DNA from: Macrostomum lignano
Lineage: Eukaryota
Assembly: GCA_002269645.1 (NCBI GenBank)
Contig: NIVC01002037.1
Coordinates: 124,001-188,000, forward strand
DNA length: 64,000 nt
Direction of reading: 5' to 3'
Made by a program: the position numbers and the translations under genes. Shown here in pieces: positions 32,609-64,000 of the stretch (positions within the stretch are counted from its first letter, which is position 1; each line of letters starts with the position of its first letter). Below the pieces are notes generated by a model, which made no database searches, was not told the DNA's origin, and worked only from the letters and a program-made list of their open reading frames with translations.

Positions 32609-32734
32609 AGTAACTGTTGTTGATGAACTCGATTTTAGTACCTTAGTTGTGTTGCTCGCTTCAATATTTTTTTTAATTATTACTAATAGTGTTAATTTTT
32701 GTTAATCTTACTTTCATACTTAAGTGCGAAGGGA

Positions 32735-32957
32735 TGTGATGACTTGATATTGAGAGTTTGCATTTGCGGTTTTGGGGTTGGCCTGCGCTGGGGGGTTGGG
32801 GGCACGCTCAAGTTGCCTTTTAATTTATCGATTGTAATGTACGCACGTACTTTGTGCATGCCTAATATTAAAATATATATATCGACTGATTCTGGCTTTT
32901 GAGCCCTCGTGTTTTTGTTATCGTCCGCCAAATATTGCAATAGTTGACTCTGTTAAA
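32735..32957 (+). repeat. 3' LTR
   Basis: Direct repeat of 28431-28653. Confidence 0.95.
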
Positions 32958-33119
32958 CTTACCCTCGCCTTTGTTGAAGTCTTTAAATAAAAATATATTT
33001 AAAGCATAGAGCATCTGACGTGAAAACAGGGCTCATATCTCCGTAGTGTATTTTTTCCTATCCTTTTCAATTGCCGCCTATTTCTCCAGTGCTCATGCTG
33101 CAGTATCATAATTCGTCCT

Positions 33120-33590
33120 ACTATCCCATCCCCATATCACTAACCCATCCCCATATCACTAACCCCATCACCATATCCCTAACCCAATCCCCATATCACT
33201 AACCCATCCCCATATCACTATCCCATCCCCATATCACTAACTTATCCCCAAATCACTAACCCCATCCCCAAATCACTAACCCATCCCCATATCACTAACC
33301 CATCCCCATGTCACTAACCCCATCCCCATATCACTAACCCCATCCCCATATCACTAACCCCATCCCCATATCACTAACCCATCCCCATATCACTAACCCC
33401 ATCCCCATATCACTAACCCCATCCCCATATCACTAACCCATCCCCATATCACTAACCCCATCCCCATATCGCTAACCCCATCCCCATATCACTAACCCCA
33501 TCCCCATATCGCTAACCCCATCCCCATATCGCTAACCCCATCCCCATATCGCTAACCCCATCCCCATATCGCAATCCCATCCCCTAATCG
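33120..33590. repeat. 20/21-bp minisatellite (ccccatatcactaacccca[t])
   Basis: Tandem units. Confidence 0.9.
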
Positions 33591-33879
33591 CTACCACATT
33601 CTGCGTGCACTTTATCTATAAATACCTAGCCATATAAGAGCGCAAGTGCAGACTCAGCTATGGGTTGCAAATCAAATACTTTTACCAGACTTCTCGGCCA
33701 TAGACAGCACAAGGCAAATCAGTGCTTGGCTTTCATATTTTCTCTAATTAAATTTCAATCTGCACCCGAATAAAAATTCGCCAACTCACGCAGGCCGCTC
33801 AGAGGTCTGTTTGTGCAATTCATTTGAGCAACTTGGCACCAGCAATAACACTAGCAACAGTAACTCGACGACTGCAATA

Positions 33880-48420
<14,541 letters not shown>

Positions 48421-49626
48421 CCTGCCGCTTTACAATATTATGTATACCTCATTTTGTAGTAAAACATTCCCAAATTCTTTTCCTACTCGCTTATTCGGAG
48501 CAGCTGCCCTCATGCTGCAGCCGAATTACCTTTTTCCTGTCTTTATCTTACGGCGCAGTTGAACTTTGGTGCCAACGTCGTGAAAATTTGTTTTCATAAA
48601 CTGTTTTCGTCCCTATAATTTTAAACGCAGACTCTGAACTTAAAATTTTGCAGCAAAAAGCCGGACGTTATAATCGTCCACTTTTGTCAGTTGGCAACTA
48701 TCTATACTTTAACTGCCTCTACGAACATTAATTATAACTGCACCGCTATGATGTGGTCAGAATTTATCAAATAGTTTTGATTTGACTTAAAAAAGTTAAT
48801 GTAAGATTCCACTTTTACACGTACACACAAGATCTTCCTCTAGTGATGTATGCTGCTGAAGGAAGCACGTCATAAAATTGACTACCGCGTTCACATGCTG
48901 CTATCAACAGGGCCATAACTTATTAAAATATCAGGCGCATACACGTGTACACGCGTGTACATGTATGTACATGTATTGGTAATGTCAGTGAAAAAAACGC
49001 TCGATATAGATCGCTGAAAAGTATTGCATTTACATTTTCCAACACTCAATTAATTAGTCAAAGGCTGTTAATAAGGAATTTTTTCGATACATGTACATTT
49101 ACAATGTATATAACATACTGGACTACTAAATGGACTAAGCTATATAGTGTTCCTGTACGAATCGAAATTTCACTCCATTCATAATCATATCTTCATAATT
49201 ATCTTCATCTACTATCTTCACAAATTCAATAGGCGCGCCATTTCAGTATTTGCTTCCAGAGATTAGAATGAAATACATGTACATACACATGAACTGACCA
49301 ATAGAAATAAAAGATGAATATGCATGTACGCGTTTGTTCGTACATGTAGCTAGCTACTGGTATATAGCGTGGGAAACCCGCACCAGCTAAGTTCTAGTAA
49401 GGATCCATGTGACGACAATCATTTTAGTAATGTGTACAACAACAACAAAACTGCGCTGCATGTCAGCGTTACAGGGCGCGCCTCAGGGCCAGGTCACGAA
49501 CAAAGTACGCCACGCCTGGCCGCTGGGCGAATCCGCGGGGCGCCGGTGTCAGCCAGCAGGCAGTCGAAAAAACGCTGAGTGTGGGCCTGCCCCTACCGGT
49601 AGGGTGCCTGCAGCGTCACCTCCTGC

Positions 49627-51264
49627 TTTAGACCCCCAGGGAAATGAAACGGGAAAAAGCGAGTTAGCCTCCGCATCAACGGCAACCAGATTGCGTATGA
49701 CCTGGCACCGGTATACCTTGGAGCGTGACTGAACGGTCGGCTAACCTTCAAAAAGCATGCCGCAGGTGTCCGGGCTAGGATGGCGCCGACGACGGCCGCT
49801 GGCAGCCATGGCCAATCGCAGCACCGGCGCCGATCAGAGCATCAGAGCAGCATACGTCAGCACCATCCGCGCCGTGGTGGACTACGCGGCGGGCACCTGG
49901 TTGTGCGGCGCAGCCCCGTCTACAAGAAGATCTATCGAGAGGCGATCATTACTGGTTGCGTCCTGCCATCTAAAACTTGAAAAGTTCTCAGACTGGCGGA
50001 CCTTCACCGATCTCCTTCGTAGCCTCGGAGAGAGCCGCCAGGCTTTGTGAACGGATCCTCCGCCTGGAGCTTAACGTGTCAGCCGTTACTACAGCACCTG
50101 TCACCTCAAGACCAAGGCTCAAGAACCGCACGCTCGAAGCACTCACACGGTCTAACAACAACCGGGACGCGGAAAGATTGGACGAGGTCACTAGAAGACC
50201 GTTCCGGAACTGCTGGCGCAGCGCTGTCACGGAGCTCCTGTCGGTCACGGTCCTCGATGCGCACCGGCGAGGCGATGCGGCGACTTTAGGCATCCCACCG
50301 TGGGAAGCTGCTGTCAACGATAAGGTCATCTTCAGCCTCGAAGCAGCTGCCTGCTGCCGCCGTTCGGACCCTCAGGTGGCTAGAAACGCGGCGGCGCTTG
50401 AGGTGCTCGGAACGCCCCCGCCGGGCTGACATCTGTGTCTGGACAAATGGCTTCGTGGCTGAAGGCACTGGGCCAGGTGGTAGCGCGGCCATCGTCTGCA
50501 CTGAGTTGGCAACTTATGTGAAAAAACAACCAGCATGCAGGTACCTGCAGCTCCTTTGACGCGGGGATGATCGCTATCAGGATGGCCCTGGAATTCACCA
50601 AAGACGCAACCCGCCAAGGCAACCCGCCGACTCCCTGTCCTCGCTCACGGCACTACAATTGTCGGCCCACAGGGCCAGGAAACTGCAACCGGTATCAGAT
50701 GCTGGAACCTGCTGCTCGAAATCAGCCGCAACACCCCCCATTAATCTGGTCTGGGTGCCGGCGCACTGCGGCATCCCCCTCAAATGAGGCGGCAAACAGA
50801 GAGAGCTGCCGGGTTGGCCAGAAACCTGCAACAGAATGACGCACCGGTCTCCCTCAGCGTTGCCAAGACTGCCGTTCGGCGCGCCATGGAAGATAGCACC
50901 CTCCCGGCACGCTGGCCGGCCTTCAACGCGAGAAATCGGACAGAGCAGACGGCGGTGTGCGTGCCAGCTCAGGGCCGGTGCGTCGTCAATGCTCTGCGCC
51001 GAAGTTAGACACCGACTGGGTTTGACCGACTCCCCGCAATGTCCGGACTGCGGAGAGATTGACGACAGTGAACATGCTTTGTTCCGCTGCCCCCGTGGGG
51101 ACGCTGGGCGCATGATGCGCCTTGTCGGCAACGACAACCGAGCGCCTCCTTCGGGTTTCAGGACTCGGTCTCTCGCTCCTTCGGAGCATGGGGCGCTGGC
51201 CCCCGCCTGTATCGGCGCCGCCGCGCCGCAATGGCGAGTGCTGAATCAGAAGAAGAAGAAAAAG
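49627..51264 (+). mobile_element. Decayed 5'-truncated LINE (post-RT, RNase H, Cys knuckle) with (AAG)n tail and 10-bp TSD
   Basis: LTFKKHA..AYVSTIRAVVDYAAGTW; WTNGF; LIWVPAHCGIPSNEAAN; CPDCGEIDDSEHALFRCP. Tail aagaagaagaaaaag. TSD CACCTCCTGC at 49617-49626 and 51265-51274. Confidence 0.85.
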
Positions 51265-52343
51265 CACCTCCTGCACCGGCTGTGCAGTGGGTAGTACTAC
51301 GTCTCGGCGGGGATGAGGTGGCCTGCCAGCTGAAGTTGCCGATGTAATATATCCATGTAATGTACTATAAGTATTTGTGGCTAGCTAAACATAAATTTAC
51401 ATTGCACATGTAGTTAAAGGCTAAGCTGAATGTTACGTCACATGTAGATATTAAACAATGTATTTTGGCCATGAACTTTCGGCCCTTTACAAAAAGTTGC
51501 AACTTTAATCATCACAGAAGATCAGTGTCAAAAATATAACGTCGCGCTTCTGCTAAGCAAAAACATGTTACTCGCTTTTCTGGAGAATTTTATTTTCCAC
51601 AGCCAATCAAATAAACCACTCCATTTGTTTGAAACTTTGTTGGCGTTCTTGGCAACATTTCGGTTTTTATTGTTTGCCGCTTTTATGAAATAGAGATTTA
51701 TGAAATAGCTAGAGTTAGACATAAGACATAACATAAATCAGTTGAAAGTACTACTCCAAGTCCAAGGGTGACCCACGTTGATTGTGCAGAAAAAAAACAG
51801 AAATCAACAGCCCTTTAAGATCCAATAGCTTCCTTACGCCAGTAAGGATTAAAAAAATATTTTGGATTTTTCATACAACAAAACACCATTAGTAACATTA
51901 AACTGCTGTAGGCCTATTTGTAGTTAACTAGAAGAATAGTTTTTAAAAACTTCATAGCTAGATTTCCTAATTTTACAATCGATCTATAGTGCCTGATAGG
52001 GTAGGTGAATAGAATATAAATTCTAGAAGTATATTAGTAGCCTAAGGCCTAGTATTGAATTTCAAGGCCTGACTAATACTTTGTTGTTTATACAATTGAC
52101 ATTGTATCATTAAGCAACATTATTCTAGCTGCTCCATATATTTTTTCTATAAAAACTATTAATTTAATTGCTAAAATATTTTTACTTTAAATAGCAAAGA
52201 TAGTTGTCTATTTGGTTATACTTTAAGTTTAACAAGTCCTTAGTTGTAGGCCTACCTAGTCCTAATTTATTTTTGTAGATCCCTCTGCTCTAGCTAGCTA
52301 GTTTAGGTTAGATAAGCATATTAATATATTTTTTGCTTGAAAA

Positions 52344-60893
<8,550 letters not shown>

Positions 60894-61179
60894 TCGATCG
60901 GTTGAATCAATGATTGGTTAATTAATTTATTTATTTATTTATAAATTTCAATTGTCAATGGTCTGCTTGATAACCGGTTGGTTGGAACATTATTATCAAT
61001 AATAGTCACACTATATTCGTATTTATATGTCTTATGTCTCATTTTAAACTAATTTGATTATTAAATCATTAAAGCTCTTCATTCCTAACCCTGTGATTTT
61101 TCTGTTTAAATTTTGTAATTTTAAGTTCTTAATTTCTTAGGGTCATTGTTTCTCAGAATCTATTCAGTACAATATAGAG

Positions 61180-61880
61180 ACCTATTTCTTAGAATCGTCA
61201 AGCCCTATTTCTTAGAATCGTCAATTCCTATTTCTTAGAATCGTCAATTCCTACTTCTTAGAATTGTCAAGTCCTATTTCTTAGAATCAATAAGCCATGT
61301 TTCTTAGAATCGTCAATTCATATTTCCTAGAATCGTCGAGTCCTATCTCTTAGAATCATCAAGTCCTATTTCTTAGAATCATCAAGTCCTATTTCTTAGA
61401 ATCATCAAGTCCTATTTCTTAGAATCATCAAGTCCTATTTCTTAGAATCATCAAGTCCTATTTCTTAGAACTGTCAAGTCCTATTTCTTAGAACTGTCAA
61501 GTCCTATTTCTTAGAATCATCAAGTCCTATTTCTTAGAATCATCAAGTCCTATTTCTTAGAATCATCAAGTCCTATTTCTTAGAATCTTCAAGTCCTATT
61601 TCTTAGAATCATCAAGCCCTATTTCTTAGAATCATCAAGTCCTATTTCTTAGAATCATCAAGTCCTATTTCTTAGAATCTTCAAGTCCTATTTCTTAGAA
61701 TCATCAAGCCCTATTTCTTAGAATCATCAAGCCCTATTTCTTAGAATTATCAAGCCCTATTTCTTAGAATTATCAAGCCCTATTTCTTAGAATCATCAAG
61801 TCCTATTTCTTAGAATTATCAAGCCCTATTTCTTAGAATTATCAAGCCCTATTTCTTAGAATCATCAAGTCCCACTTCTC
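61180..61880. repeat. 23-bp minisatellite (cctatttcttagaatcatcaagt)
   Basis: Tandem units. Confidence 0.92.
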
Positions 61881-63219
61881 GTAATAGTCCATTACCAATT
61901 AAAACAAAATCAATAGATTTTAAGCAAACATCTTAAAAATCCGGTCCAGTAATTCATATTTATTGCTGAGCATAAAATTTCTGCTTCAATTTGTTTATTA
62001 TTCCGCCATGAAATTGTTGCCGAATGCAAACTAACTACTGTTAGTAACTGTGACAAAAAGTTTTTATACGAATAAAATTGCTTAATGCAAATGTTCTGCT
62101 TGCAGCTTTTTATATATTCACTTTCAATAGTCGCTGATTTGAGTAAGTGCTGTCGCTCTGTACGAATATGTTTTACTTCAGTTGAATAACTTTGCTGCAG
62201 AATCTCACATTTAGTTTTTTTATTATATCTTGTACTTTTATATTGGTTTCTTGCTATCAACATAAAAATGGCAGAGTCTAGGCCAGACAATATTAGCCAA
62301 TAAAAATATTTCATTAAATAACGTTTTATCTTGTTTTTTTCATTAAATTTCATTCATAATCGGTTTTTTAGATAAATTTTATTATATACGTGTACGATTC
62401 TTACCTTGCTACTGATTTGAGTAGCAATTAAAGCAAATTTGCTGATTTATTTTGTCTATGCTATAAAAATGTTTGTATAATTTTAGTCAATTTATATATG
62501 AATAATCAGTGTACACATTGGAAGCTGCTGATAAATTATAAGCTATTCATAAATTTATTTGTTTCTTTTTATTAAAATTTTCTTGCTTTTTATACCAATT
62601 TTTAGTAGTATCTTGTTTATTTTCCTGCTACTTTCACAGATCTTAGTTTCACTAAATATTATAGACGCTATCTATGCAGAGAACAGGGAATTCAGAATTT
62701 CATAGCGAATCTCATCAGGAATCTCATAGCAATTCTCATCCGGAATCTCTTAGAGATCTCATTAGATCGTATAAGGTATTCATACCTTGAATCTTTTAAG
62801 CTTTCTAATTTTGTCAGGAATATCATAGAGCCGTATGCCATCACCAAAGGTCTCTAATTAGTAAATAAATAAAACATCTTTCAGAGAATTCTTGCATCTC
62901 TGCTTGGTAGAGGCGGCCGCCAGCACTTTCAGCTTGCTGTGAGTTTTGAGTCATTCTTTCACACTATTAGATAGTCCAATCTCTTATGCTATGAGCTTAT
63001 TTGCGCGGTAATTTTGTTCAACTCTTGCCTAGTCCAATAAAAAATAATTATTGATATATTATAATAATTAACCGACTCAAATCGACATAATTAAACTTTA
63101 TGTTCAGTAAGCTAAACAATTTTGCTTGAATGCGATTAAACTCTCAATGTTTCTTTTGTTAATCTCTGTGCGCTACCTGGTTAGTTTCTGACTAGAATTG
63201 TGAAATTAAGGATCTTCCC

Positions 63220-63765
63220 GGGATTCCCCATTTAAGAATCTCCTTGGGATTCTCCACTTCAGAATGTCCCCGGGATTCCCCATTCAAGAATATCCTTTGG
63301 ATTCTCCACTTCAGAATGTCCCCTGGATTCCCCATTCAAGAATCTCCTTGGGATTCCCCACTTCAGAATGTCCCCTAGATTCCCCATTCAAGAATCTCCA
63401 TGGGATTCTCTACTTCAGAATGTCCCCTGGATTCCCTATTCAAGAATCTCCTTGGGATTCCCCACTTTGGAATGTCCCCGGGATTCCCCATTTAAGAATC
63501 TCTTTGGGATTCCCCACTTCAGAATGTCCCCGGGATTCCCCATTTAGGAATCTCCTTAGGATTCCCCACTTCAGAATGTCCCCAAGATTCCCCATTCAAG
63601 AATCTCCTTGGGATTCCCCACTTCAGAATGTCCCCGGGATTCCCCATTTAGGAATCTCCTTAGGATTCCCCACTTCAGAATGTCCCCGGGATTCCCCATT
63701 CAAGAATCTCCTTGGGATTCCCCACTTCAGAATGTCCCCGGGATTCCCCATTCAAGAATCTCTAT
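63220..63765. repeat. 52-bp higher-order repeat made of two 26-bp subunits
   Basis: Alternating gggattccccattcaagaatctcctt and gggattccccacttcagaatgtcccc. Confidence 0.9.
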
Positions 63766-63808
63766 AAATCCATGTAAATAAAGATTCTAAATTTAAATTC
63801 CACTGTAA

Positions 63809-64000
<192 letters not shown>

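Larger units (their letters stand above)
28431..32957 (+). mobile_element. Full-length Ty3/Gypsy LTR retrotransposon (Mag-like) with 5-bp TSD CTTAC
   Basis: 223-bp LTRs at 28431-28653 and 32735-32957 with 2 mismatches. CTTAC at 28426-28430 and 32958-32962. PBS present, short purine tract before the 3' LTR, domain order gag-PR-RT-RH-IN. Confidence 0.96.

Noticed and set aside
33692-33706. 15-nt inverted match (tctcggccatagaca) to the 49-bp array unit
   Set aside because: Too short and isolated to define a transposon end, with no TSD or partner terminus.
49540-51345. HDV-like ribozyme in the reconstructed GC-rich island (cctcctgc..ccggctgtgca resembles HDV L3/P1)
   Set aside because: The P3 3' strand and the GG of P1.1 are missing, and I could not build the nested pseudoknot. 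An Infernal or RNArobo search would settle it.

Overview
Eukaryotic (metazoan) genomic DNA, not prokaryotic. It has GT-AG introns, GC-rich exons, AT-rich spacers and a different minisatellite in almost every long intron. This style suggests a free-living flatworm of the Macrostomum type (inference, moderate confidence). From left to right: (1) a retroelement nest at 1-8.3 kb, with two ~99.8% identical copies of an APE-RT-RNaseH LINE, one inserted into a decayed RTE-like LINE; (2) proteasome ATPase Rpt6/PSMC5, probably with a 4-codon first exon 4.5 kb upstream; (3) a tandem pair of unrecognised coiled-coil paralogs (A 20.9-27.4 kb, B 33.9-48.4 kb) separated by a full-length Ty3/Gypsy element with 223-bp LTRs; (4) in paralog B, a ~9.5-kb exon encoding a ~3,190-aa R/K/S/D/E polyampholyte, broken by one apparent 1-nt deletion; (5) a CORE-type tRNA-SINE with TSDs and a decayed RNaseH LINE with TSDs; (6) a 10-exon endophilin A gene with a candidate 9-nt microexon; (7) the start of HSD17B4/MFE-2. 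The most interesting leads are the giant-exon paralog, the inverted intronic minisatellites bracketing two exons of paralog A, the microexon, a GC-AG intron filled with (TTAG)n, and an LTR ending TG..AA. All alignments and counts were done by eye; no database searches were run.
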